Below the pieces are notes generated by a model. It was not told the DNA's origin. It searched no databases and saw nothing but the letters and a program-made list of their open reading frames with translations. A stretch of DNA of 32,000 nucleotides, taken from Gemmata obscuriglobus. GTDB taxonomy: Bacteria > Planctomycetota > Planctomycetia > Gemmatales > Gemmataceae. The position numbers and the translations under genes are program-made. Each line of letters starts with the position of its first letter. Positions within the stretch are counted from its first letter, which is position 1. Shown here in pieces: positions 22,341 through 31,047 of the stretch. The DNA is taken from contig NZ_CP042911.1 of the NCBI RefSeq assembly GCF_008065095.1, positions 1,800,001-1,832,000 of the forward strand, in the 5' to 3' direction.

Positions 22341-23887
22341 CCTTTCCCGACCAGCCGCGCGAGCTGATCACGCACCTCCAGCACCGCGTAAGCGCCGCCG
22401 CGGTGCAACCGGCCAAGCGGGCCATCGAGCCGGCCCCGGGCCTCGAACGCTTCCAGGGCTTCCACGCGATCGAGCACGTCGGACACGGTCGGCGGCGCGG
22501 TCCGTACCGGCGGTCCCGAGTCGAACTCGCGCAGGAACGGGTCGCGCTCCGAGAGCAGCGCCGCCGCGAGTGCCGCCCGCGGCGCGCACCCGAGCCGCTG
22601 ACCTTCGAGCAGCAACCGCCCGAGCCGCGGGTGAACCGGAAGCCCCGCCGCGATTTCGCCCAGAGGAGTAAGGGCGCCGTTGACGAACAGCCCGAGCTGG
22701 TCGAGCAGCTTCAGCGACTGCTCGACGGCCTCTTCGGTCGGTGCGTCGAGCCACGGGAACTTGCGCACGTCCGGTTCGCCCAGCGCGGCGAGCTGGAGCA
22801 CCGCGCCGCACAGGTCCACTCGTTTGATTTCCGGCGCGGCCTGTTCGGGTCGCGCGCGGTGACCGGGCTCGTCCCACAGCCGCACGCACACGCCCGGCGC
22901 GGTGCGCCCGGCGCGCCCGGTCCGCTGGTCCGCCGACGCGCGGGCGATCGGCACCAGCCGCAACCGGTCCATGCCTACCGACGGCTCGAACTCCATGACC
23001 CGGGCCAGCCCGGAATCGACCACCGCGGTCACACCGTCTACCGTGACCGATGTCTCCGCGACGTTGGTCGCGAGCACCACCTTCCGCCGGTCGAGCTTCT
23101 GAAGTGCGCGGTCCTGTTGCTCGGGCGGGAGGTCGCCGTGGAGGGGCAGTACAAGGGCACCGCTCTCGCGGGCGAAGGAGTCCAGTTCGTCGGCGGTTTG
23201 GCGGATCTCACGCAGCCCCGGCAGGAACGCGAGCACATCGCCGCTCTGGGTGCCGAGCAGGTCGCGAACCGCGTCCGCCACTGCTGTGTGTACCGGCGTG
23301 TCGCTCCGGCGCGCCCGGTAGCGCACCTCCACGGGAAACGTGCGCCCCTGGCTGTCCACCACGGGGCAGCCGCCGAGGTACGCCGATACCGCCGACGGGT
23401 CGACCGTCGCGGACATCACCACGACATTCAGCTCGGGCCGGACGTTCTCGCGGATGAGTCGCGCCATGCCGAACGCGAGGTCGGCTTCGAGCCCGCGCTC
23501 GTGGAACTCGTCGAACACGACGCCCGCGACACCGTCCAGGAACGGGTCGTCGTGCAGCCGGCGCAGCAGCACCCCCGGCGTCACGACGAGCACCCGCGTC
23601 CGGGCGGAGGACTTCTTGTCGAACCGAACCTGATAGCCGAACGTGTCGCCGAGGGGCGAGTTGTCTTCGAGCGCCATGCGCCGGGCGGCGGCGCGGGCCG
23701 CCACCCGGCGCGGCTCGAGCATGAGCACGAGTCCGTTCCCGGCGAGTCCGCTGTCGATGAGGGCGGGGGGCACGCGGGTGGTCTTACCGGCGCCGGTCGG
23801 GGCGCGGAGCACCGCGGCCCCGCTCGCTCGCAGCGCGGCGAGCAGTTCCGGGAGCGCGTCATCAATGGGGAGTCGGTCCTTCGGCAT
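22262..23887 (-). CDS. hrpB: ATP-dependent helicase HrpB, N-terminal fragment (DEAH-box helicase core), terminated prematurely inside the repeat insertion
   Basis: Part of track ORF 22262..23893; ATG at 23887 (MPKDRLPIDD...). APTGAGKTT (Walker A), VVFDEFHERG (DEAH-type box), SATVD, FLPG, LATNVAETSVTVDGV, QRTGRAGR. Confidence 0.85.
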   Translation of the reverse strand: MPKDRLPIDDALPELLAALRASGAAVLRAPTGAGKTTRVPPALIDSGLAGNGLVLMLEPRRVAARAAARRMALEDNSPLGDTFGYQVRFDKKSSARTRVLVVTPGVLLRRLHDDPFLDGVAGVVFDEFHERGLEADLAFGMARLIRENVRPELNVVVMSATVDPSAVSAYLGGCPVVDSQGRTFPVEVRYRARRSDTPVHTAVADAVRDLLGTQSGDVLAFLPGLREIRQTADELDSFARESGALVLPLHGDLPPEQQDRALQKLDRRKVVLATNVAETSVTVDGVTAVVDSGLARVMEFEPSVGMDRLRLVPIARASADQRTGRAGRTAPGVCVRLWDEPGHRARPEQAAPEIKRVDLCGAVLQLAALGEPDVRKFPWLDAPTEEAVEQSLKLLDQLGLFVNGALTPLGEIAAGLPVHPRLGRLLLEGQRLGCAPRAALAAALLSERDPFLREFDSGPPVRTAPPTVSDVLDRVEALEAFEARGRLDGPLGRLHRGGAYAVLEVRDQLARLVGKGPPPPTPSLQGGGEKAFPERLANRVC

Positions 23888-23968
23888 ACCCAAAGTTTAG
23901 CAGCCCCGCGCCGCGGGGCGCCACATACACTGAGCATCGGTACCCGTTATCCCAGGAGCGCGCCACAG

Positions 23969-25519
23969 GTGAACCGTCGCTGGCTGCTCGCCGCCGTCGC
24001 GGCGCTGGCCCTCGCTCCGCCTGCCTTCGGGCAGGACAAGAAGGGGCTGCGGTGGGGCACCGATCCGACCGGCGGCGCGCCGTTCGTTTACAAGGAAGGC
24101 GACGCGTTCGTAGGGTTCGAGGTGGAACTCGCCGATTATTTGGCGAGGGAGCTGGGGCGGACCAGCAAAATGGTGCCCGGGGACTGGGACAAGCTGCCCG
24201 AGCTGCTCGGCAAGCCGCCGGCCGAGAACGGCATCGACATCGTCCTCAACGGCTACGAGCTGCGCGAGGACCTCGAAAAGGACTACCCGTCCACGGTACC
24301 GTACTACGTCTACAAGCTCGCACTTGTAGTCCACAAAGACAACGCCAACACCATCGCGGGCTGGGCCGACCTCGGCCGCGAGAACGACGGCGGGGGTAAG
24401 CGTTCGGTCGGCGTGCTCGGCGGCTCGGTGGCGCACAGCTACCTGAAGAGCAAGCGGTTCGGGGACCGGATCGAGTTGGCCATCAACCCGGACGTCGCGA
24501 CCGTCGTCGGGCTGGTCGAGCAAAAGCGGCTCGACGCGACCGTCCAGGACACACCGGCCGCGCTGTATTACGTGAAGCACGGCAAGGGCCTGATGCTGGC
24601 CGATGAGCCGCGTAAGCCCGGGTTCTACGTCATCCTGACGCGCCGCGAAGACAACGAATTGCGCGAGCGGCTCAACGCGGCCATCAACAAAGGCATCAAG
24701 GACGGGACGCTCAAATCGATCTACGAGAAGTACGGCCTGTGGAACGAGGACCAGGAACGGCTGCGGTACTGGACCGAACAGCCGTGGCCGCCACCGTTCC
24801 TGCCGGACGAAGAAGCCGGCACGGCGACTGAAACGGGCAAAGCGGATTGGGGAAAGTTGCTCTCGGAGCTGCTTCGGGCGGCACGCATGACCGTGTTCCT
24901 GGCGGTCACGTCGTTCCCGCTTGCGATGCTGGTCGGGGTGCTAGTGGCGCTCGGCCGCGTGTACGGTCCGTGGCCCCTTCGAGTCCCGCTCGGGGTGTAC
25001 GTCGAGGTGCTGCGCGGCACGCCGCTCCTGTTACAACTGTACTTCGTGTTCTACCTGCTCCCCCTGCTCGTTTCGAAGTATTTGGGGATCACGCTCCCGA
25101 ACGAACCGATCCTGTTCGGCGTTCTCGGGCTGGCGATCAACTACTCGGCGTACGAGGCCGAGAACTACCGGGCGGGGTTGCTCGCGGTGCCACGCGGGCA
25201 GATGGAAGCCGCCCTCGCGCTCGGGATGAGCCCGCTGACGGCGCTGCGCGTGGTGATCGTACCGCAGGCGGCACGGATCGTGATCCCCCCCGTCACCAAC
25301 GACTTCATCGCGCTGTTCAAGGACACCTCCGTCTGTTCGGTGATCCTCATCGTGGAGCTAACGCGCAAGTACAACGAGCTGTACAATTTCAACCGCGAGT
25401 ACATCTTCCAGTTGGCGTTCTTGACGGCCGGGCTGTACTTGCTCATGAGCTACCCGCTCGCGGTGCTGGCCGGGTTTCTCGAACGGCGCCTCGGGACCGC
25501 GAGCGGAGGGAGCCGGTGA
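23969..25519 (+). CDS. Polar amino-acid ABC transporter, fused periplasmic substrate-binding domain + permease
   Basis: This is the 3' part of track ORF 22202..25519; the 5' part is antisense to hrpB. GTG start at 23969, preceded by AGGAG. Signal peptide VNRRWLLAAVAALALAPPAFG. SBP family-3-like: GTDPTGGAPFVY..GFEVELADYLAREL. Permease EAA region: EAALALGMSPLTALRVVIVPQAARIVIPP. Confidence 0.85.
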   Translation: MNRRWLLAAVAALALAPPAFGQDKKGLRWGTDPTGGAPFVYKEGDAFVGFEVELADYLARELGRTSKMVPGDWDKLPELLGKPPAENGIDIVLNGYELREDLEKDYPSTVPYYVYKLALVVHKDNANTIAGWADLGRENDGGGKRSVGVLGGSVAHSYLKSKRFGDRIELAINPDVATVVGLVEQKRLDATVQDTPAALYYVKHGKGLMLADEPRKPGFYVILTRREDNELRERLNAAINKGIKDGTLKSIYEKYGLWNEDQERLRYWTEQPWPPPFLPDEEAGTATETGKADWGKLLSELLRAARMTVFLAVTSFPLAMLVGVLVALGRVYGPWPLRVPLGVYVEVLRGTPLLLQLYFVFYLLPLLVSKYLGITLPNEPILFGVLGLAINYSAYEAENYRAGLLAVPRGQMEAALALGMSPLTALRVVIVPQAARIVIPPVTNDFIALFKDTSVCSVILIVELTRKYNELYNFNREYIFQLAFLTAGLYLLMSYPLAVLAGFLERRLGTASGGSR

Positions 25520-26241
25520 TCCGAGCCACCAACGTCACGAAGTTCCGGGGCGACACGCGCGTGCTCGACGGCGCCTCGATCGAGGTGCAAAAAGGGCAGG
25601 TGGCCGCCCTCGTTGGTCCGTCCGGCGGGGGGAAGAGCACGCTGCTCCGCTGCATCAACGGGCTGGAGGAGTTCCAGGAGGGCGAGATCGCCGTCGGGGC
25701 CTTCGCGCTTCGGGGCGGCGAAACGCCCCCGCGTGACACGCTCCTGCAACTGCGCCGCACGGTCGGGATGGTGTTCCAACAGTTCAACCTGTTCCCGCAC
25801 ATGACGGTGCTGAAGAACGTCATGAGCGGCCCGGTTCACGCGCTCGGTCGGGCGAAAGACGAGGCGGAAGCGGCCGCGAAGAAGTGGCTCGACCGCGTCG
25901 GGCTGTCCGACAAGCACGACGCCCGCCCGGGCCAGCTGTCGGGCGGGCAGCAGCAGCGCGTTGCGATCGCGCGGGCGCTTGCGGTTAACCCCGCGGCGAT
26001 CCTGTTCGACGAGCCGACCAGCGCCCTCGACCCGCGGATGGCCGCCGAGGTGATGCGCGTGATCGACGACCTCGCCGGCGACGAGCAGTTGCAGGTGGCG
26101 ATGGTCATCGTGTCGCACGACATCCCGGCCGTGAAGCGGATCGCCGACGTGGTTCACGTGCTCGAAAAGGGCCGGGTGGTCCACTCCGGCCCGGCGGCCG
26201 AAGCGTTCGCCCCGGGCGGCCCCGCCGCGGCGCTGGAATAG
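25516..26241 (+). CDS. Amino-acid ABC transporter ATP-binding protein
   Basis: The GTG at 25516 overlaps the upstream TGA (GTGA) and is preceded by [21 protein letters not shown] (Walker A), [15 protein letters not shown] (signature), [12 protein letters not shown] (Walker B). Confidence 0.9.
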   Translation: MIRATNVTKFRGDTRVLDGASIEVQKGQVAALVGPSGGGKSTLLRCINGLEEFQEGEIAVGAFALRGGETPPRDTLLQLRRTVGMVFQQFNLFPHMTVLKNVMSGPVHALGRAKDEAEAAAKKWLDRVGLSDKHDARPGQLSGGQQQRVAIARALAVNPAAILFDEPTSALDPRMAAEVMRVIDDLAGDEQLQVAMVIVSHDIPAVKRIADVVHVLEKGRVVHSGPAAEAFAPGGPAAALE

Positions 26242-26287
26242 CGAAACCCGTAGCGCCCGAAACAACAGGTGTCAGAAGGAAATCGAT

Positions 26288-27154
26288 ATGTCCGCTACGA
26301 CCGCACAGCGACTGATCCGCGTCGGGCACAGCCCGGACCCGGACGACGCGTTCATGTTCCACGCGCTCGCCAACGACAAGATCCCGACCGGCGACCTGAA
26401 GTTCGTTCACGAGCTGGTGGACATCGAGACGCTCAACCGCCGGGCGCTCACCGGCGAGCTTGAGGTGACCGCGGTCAGCCTCCACGCGTACAGCTACCTG
26501 CTCGACAAGTACGCGCTGCTGCCCACCGGGTGCAGCATGGGCGACAAGTACGGCCCGATGGTCGTCGCCCGCAAGCCGCTCAAGGTGGAGCACCTGCCGG
26601 ACCTGAAGCTCGCCGTTCCGGGCACGCTCACCACCGCGTTCCTCACGCTCAAACTGCTGTTCGAGTCGATCGGGGCGCAGGACAAACTCACTTACGACGT
26701 GGTCCCGTTCGACGAGATCATTCCCGCCGTGGCGTCCGGTAAGTACGACGCCGGCCTCATCATCCACGAGGGCCAGCTCACGTTCCAGAACCAGGGCCTG
26801 CACCTCGTTACCGATCTCGGCGTGTGGTGGCACGAGCGCACCGGGTTGCCCCTGCCGCTGGGCGGGAACGTCGTCCGCAAGGACCTCGGCGCCGAAACGA
26901 TGCGCGAGGTGAGCCGGCTCATCAAGCAGAGCATCCAGTACGCGCTCGACCACCGCGAAGAGGCGCTCCAGTACGCCCTCACGTACGCCCGCGACATGGA
27001 CGTGGGGCTTGCGGACAAGTTCGTCGGCATGTATGTGAACGAATGGACGCTCGACTACGGCGAGCGCGGCCGGGCGGCGATCCGCAAGCTGCTCGGCGAG
27101 GCGCACCGCGCCGGCGTCATCCCGAGCCCGGTGGAACTGGAGTTCGTGGAGTAA
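26288..27154 (+). CDS. MqnA/MqnD family menaquinone (futalosine pathway) biosynthesis protein, MqnD-like
   Basis: Track ORF of 288 aa. RVGHSPDPDDAFMFHAL, DIETLNRRALTGELEVTAVSLHAY and GLIIHEGQLTF resemble 1,4-dihydroxy-6-naphthoate synthase-type proteins. Confidence 0.75.
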   Translation: MSATTAQRLIRVGHSPDPDDAFMFHALANDKIPTGDLKFVHELVDIETLNRRALTGELEVTAVSLHAYSYLLDKYALLPTGCSMGDKYGPMVVARKPLKVEHLPDLKLAVPGTLTTAFLTLKLLFESIGAQDKLTYDVVPFDEIIPAVASGKYDAGLIIHEGQLTFQNQGLHLVTDLGVWWHERTGLPLPLGGNVVRKDLGAETMREVSRLIKQSIQYALDHREEALQYALTYARDMDVGLADKFVGMYVNEWTLDYGERGRAAIRKLLGEAHRAGVIPSPVELEFVE

Positions 27155-27351
27155 CCGGTTCCGCCCGCCCGCACTTCTGGCGCCGGGCCAACGGCCGCGA
27201 GCTTTGGCGCGTTGGTTCCGGTCGGCTGCCGGCCCACCCTCAAACCGTTTTCACTTGACGGACGCTCGCGGCTCCTTCAGCATCTACTCAACATCCATTT
27301 GCGCGACTCTCCCGCATGCGCCGCCGCTTGTCGCCAAGCCCAGGTGAACTG

Positions 27352-30300
27352 ATGCCCGTTTTGAAAACCGCCTGCCCGGAGTGCGGCGCGAACCTGCGCC
27401 TCACCGTCGAGGGCGATGGGGACCACGAGGTCACCTGCCTGAAGTGCGGCCACGAGTTCGCGGTCGCACTCGAGTCCGACGAGCCCCCCCCGGCAAAGGC
27501 GGGCACCAAGGAGAAGGCCAAGAGCGGCGCGAAGGCCGGCTCCACGAACGTCGCGCCCAAAAAGAAGAAAAAGAAGCCGGCCGAGGCTGAGAGCGGCGGG
27601 AACCAGAAGCTGATCGTCGCCGGCGCCGGGGCCGGCCTCATTCTCGTGCTCGGTCTGGGGCTCCTGGTCTACGCGGCCACGCGGACCAAGGACAAGACCG
27701 TACAGAACACCGACACCCCACAAATTGCGACCCAACCGCCGGGCGGCCCGAAACCGGTTGCCCCGCAGCCGGGCACACCGAGCGCCACCCCCGCACCCAA
27801 GCCGAACCCGAGTGTTCCGCCCAAACAGGGTAACACCCCGAACCCGGGCACGAGCCCGCCTCCGAAAAAGAAAGAAAACCCGGAGGACGCGGAACTGGCC
27901 ACCATGCTCCCGCCGCCGCCGAAGGTCCGTGTCAACGGGTCGATGGTGCCGGCCACCAAGCCGCTGGTGGTGGCGCCCGCGGTCCCGCCGCTGGCGCCGG
28001 ACGAGGACCCGTTCGTGCGGGCACAGAACTTCAAACCCGAGGGAGCGCTGCCCGCGCTCGCGTCGCCCCCCAAGAGCGGCGGGCGGCCGCTGCTCACGCT
28101 CGACGCCGGCGGGCACACGGGCATCGTCGGCAAGGTGTTCTTCACCCCCAAGGGGGACCGCGTCATCACCGTCGGCGAGGATAAGGCGGTGCGGTTCTGG
28201 GACCCGGTGTCCAACGAGACCGTCAAGACGATCCGGTTCCCCGCCGGCCCGGGCAAGGAGGGCTCGCTCCAGGCGGCGGCCATCTCGCGCTCGGGGAAGC
28301 GGCTGGCGGTGGCCGGGCACAAGCTGGCCGGGGTGTCGAGCGGCCGGGTGCCGATCTACGTCATCTCGCCCGAAACGGGCAACCAGCTCACCCGGATGGA
28401 CGCCGGCAGCGGCGACGCGGTCGGCGCGCTGCACTTCTCGAACGACGGCAACCGGCTGGCGGTCGGCGGCGACGACGGGGTGCTGCAACTGATGGACGTG
28501 TCCAGCGGGCGCGAGCTGGGGCGCACCGTGCCGCACCGCGGCGGGATCGTCGAGGTGCGGTACAACCCGAACCCGCGGGTGAACGTCCTGGCCAGCCTCG
28601 GCACGGACCGGACGGTCAAGATCTGGGACTTCGCGCAGAACCTGACCACGCTCGTCAGCATCGGCGGGGTGACGCCGTCCTGCCTGGCCTGGAGCAACGA
28701 CGGGCAGGCGCTGGCCCTGGGCACCACCACCGGCCAGATCCTGATCGTCTCGAGCCAGGGGCGGCTGATCCGCGAGCTGCCGCCGGTCCTGGTGGAGAAG
28801 CGGCCCGTGGCGGTGTCGCAGGTGCTGTTCGCGCCCGGCGACCAGGAACTGGCCGTCGGCGGGGCGGCCAACGGCCGGGGCTGGACCGGGTTGGTCTCGG
28901 CCTACAGCGGGGGCCCGCGGGTGACGGTCCCCGGCCACAGCAACCGGGTCAGCGCGGTGGACGTGTCGGTCGACGGCCGCCGGGTCGTGTCGAGCGGCGG
29001 CAACCAGCACGAGACGTTCGTCTGGCAGGCGGACGACGGCGCCGTGCAGCACCGGCTGATCGGCACCGGACACGGGGTGTGGGCGGTCGCATGGGCGAAG
29101 GACGGCAAGTCGATCGCGTGGGGCACCCGCAACGAGCGGAACGAGGCCAACGTCGGCCCGCTGGAGCACACGTTCCGGCTCGACGAGTTCGGCCTGGGCA
29201 GCCCGCCCGACCCGTCGAAGTACACGCAGACGGTGAACAGCGACGAGCACGTGACGCTCGACTACCGGCAGCGCGTGTTCATGGTCAAAACGACCGGGCG
29301 CGACCCGGTGCTGGCACGGCTCCCGGGCGGCGAGCCGATCTACTCGGCCAGCGTGCTGCCGAAGGGGAACGCGATCCTGGTCGGCGGGGTCGAGAGCCTG
29401 TACCTGATCAGCCCGATCAGCTTCGACGTGAGCCAGCAGTTCGTGGGGCACACCAGCCACGTGCTGAGCGTCACACCGTCCCCGGACAGCCGGTACTTCG
29501 CCACCGGGTCGGCCGACCAGACGATCCGCATCTGGCAGCGGAACCGCGAGGAGCCGGTGCTGTCCATCTTCGTGGCCGGGCGCGAGTGGATCGCCTGGAC
29601 CCCGCAGGGGTTCTACGCGTGCTCGCCCCAGGGCGAGCAGCTCATCGCCTGGCAGATCAACGCCGGCAACGTGAAGTTCCCGCAGGTCCACCCGGCCGGG
29701 CGGTTCCGCCCCACCATGTACCAGCCCGCGGTGCTCAAGTACCTGATCCCGGCCGGCGACCTGAGCAGGGCGCTGGCGATGGCCCAAAAGTACGACAAGG
29801 CCCTGATCCAGACCACGAACGTGGCGGAGGTGCTCCCGCCCGAGGTCACCCTCGCCGACTTCACGGAGGGCCGCGAGCTGAAAATGGACAAGGCCAAGGG
29901 GACGCTCACCGTGCGGGCCACGGCCAGCAGCCCGAGCGCGAAGCACCCGGTCACGGCCATGCGGCTCCTGGTGGACGGGCGCCCGTTCAACGGCGCGGCC
30001 GGCGTGAAGCGGTTCGAGAACCCGCAGCCGACCGCGGAGGCGACGTGGGAGGTGCCGCTGGCGCCCGGCCCGCACACGGTCGCGGTGATCGCCGACTCGC
30101 CCGTCAGCAAGGGTATGTCGAAGGTCGGGCAGGTGCTGCGCGACGGCGAGGTCCCGAAGCCGAACCTGTACGTGCTCACGATGGGCGTGGCGGCGTACCC
30201 CGGCAAGCTGAAACTCAACTACAGCGCCACCGACGCCGAAATGCTGGCCAAAGCGTTTCAGGAGAAGTCCCGGGGCACCTTCGACAAGATCGAGGTGAAG

Positions 30301-30912
30301 GTACTGACGGACAAGGCCGCTAGCCGCCAGGGCATCCGCGACGGGCTGACGTGGCTCAAGTCGAAGATGACCCCGCAGGACGTGGGCATCGTGTCCTTTT
30401 CCGGGCACGGCTCCCGGGACCTGTTCGGTCGCTTCTACCTGGTCCCGTTCATCGAGTCCGACCCGACCGCCGACGAGAGCGAGTGGGCGCTGTCCGGCGA
30501 CGAGTTCAAGAAGCGGCTGGAGGACATGCCGGGGCGGCTGGTCGCGATCCTGGACGCGTGCCACTCGGGCTCGGTGGCCGAGAAGGACGGCCCGCCGCAG
30601 GCGGACTCGCTGGTCCGCGACCTGACCGCCGAGGACTCCGGGGTGATCGTGATGTGCGCGTCGCTGGGCCGGGAGTACGCGGCCGAGAGCAAGATCTGCA
30701 AGGCCGGGTTCTTCACGCTGGGGCTGGTGGAGGGGCTGAGCGGGCACGCGGACGTGGACGGCGACGGGGTCATTTACATCCACGAACTGGACATGTACGC
30801 GACGGCGCGGGTGCGCCAGTTGAGCGGCGGGCTGCAGAACCCGACCCTGGGGCGCCCGTCGGCGGTGAAACCGTTCGTGATCGCCAAGCCCGGGAAACAG
30901 GCCGCTCCGTGA
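27352..30912 (+). CDS. Zinc-ribbon / single TM / Pro-rich linker / multi-WD40 / C-terminal caspase (peptidase C14) domain protein
   Basis: Part of track ORF 27316..30912; ATG at 27352, preceded by AGGTGA. CPECG..17..CLKCG zinc ribbon. K-rich segment, then TM helix LIVAGAGAGLILVLGLGLLVYA (~27607-27675). WD40 units (e.g. GHTGIVGKVFFTPKG..VGEDKAVRFWD, GHTSHVLSVTPSPDSRYFATGSADQTIRIWQ). Caspase domain from 30163, with His in FSGHG (30406) and Cys in LDACHSG (30559). Confidence 0.85.
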   Translation: MPVLKTACPECGANLRLTVEGDGDHEVTCLKCGHEFAVALESDEPPPAKAGTKEKAKSGAKAGSTNVAPKKKKKKPAEAESGGNQKLIVAGAGAGLILVLGLGLLVYAATRTKDKTVQNTDTPQIATQPPGGPKPVAPQPGTPSATPAPKPNPSVPPKQGNTPNPGTSPPPKKKENPEDAELATMLPPPPKVRVNGSMVPATKPLVVAPAVPPLAPDEDPFVRAQNFKPEGALPALASPPKSGGRPLLTLDAGGHTGIVGKVFFTPKGDRVITVGEDKAVRFWDPVSNETVKTIRFPAGPGKEGSLQAAAISRSGKRLAVAGHKLAGVSSGRVPIYVISPETGNQLTRMDAGSGDAVGALHFSNDGNRLAVGGDDGVLQLMDVSSGRELGRTVPHRGGIVEVRYNPNPRVNVLASLGTDRTVKIWDFAQNLTTLVSIGGVTPSCLAWSNDGQALALGTTTGQILIVSSQGRLIRELPPVLVEKRPVAVSQVLFAPGDQELAVGGAANGRGWTGLVSAYSGGPRVTVPGHSNRVSAVDVSVDGRRVVSSGGNQHETFVWQADDGAVQHRLIGTGHGVWAVAWAKDGKSIAWGTRNERNEANVGPLEHTFRLDEFGLGSPPDPSKYTQTVNSDEHVTLDYRQRVFMVKTTGRDPVLARLPGGEPIYSASVLPKGNAILVGGVESLYLISPISFDVSQQFVGHTSHVLSVTPSPDSRYFATGSADQTIRIWQRNREEPVLSIFVAGREWIAWTPQGFYACSPQGEQLIAWQINAGNVKFPQVHPAGRFRPTMYQPAVLKYLIPAGDLSRALAMAQKYDKALIQTTNVAEVLPPEVTLADFTEGRELKMDKAKGTLTVRATASSPSAKHPVTAMRLLVDGRPFNGAAGVKRFENPQPTAEATWEVPLAPGPHTVAVIADSPVSKGMSKVGQVLRDGEVPKPNLYVLTMGVAAYPGKLKLNYSATDAEMLAKAFQEKSRGTFDKIEVKVLTDKAASRQGIRDGLTWLKSKMTPQDVGIVSFSGHGSRDLFGRFYLVPFIESDPTADESEWALSGDEFKKRLEDMPGRLVAILDACHSGSVAEKDGPPQADSLVRDLTAEDSGVIVMCASLGREYAAESKICKAGFFTLGLVEGLSGHADVDGDGVIYIHELDMYATARVRQLSGGLQNPTLGRPSAVKPFVIAKPGKQAAP

Positions 30913-30930
30913 CCGGAACGGCGCCCGATC

Positions 30931-30970
30931 AACGCCGCGCGGACGTTCCGCGCGGCGTTTTTGTTTTTTC
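30931..30970 (+). terminator. Rho-independent terminator after the caspase gene
   Basis: AACGCCGCGCGGA-CGT-TCCGCGCGGCGTT (13-bp stem), immediately followed by TTTGTTTTTT. Confidence 0.8.
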
Positions 30971-31047
30971 GGGCGCAACCGGGACGCGCCGCCGGTCGCG
31001 CGGCAATACCTTTCTGACCGGTGCGGCCGGTCGCACGGAGGCGCACG

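Noticed and set aside
22202-23968. 5' two-thirds of the 1105-aa plus-strand ORF 22202..25519
   Set aside because: This part is antisense to hrpB and has no motifs. The real gene (ABC substrate-binding/permease fusion) begins at the GTG at 23969, with an AGGAG SD and a signal peptide.
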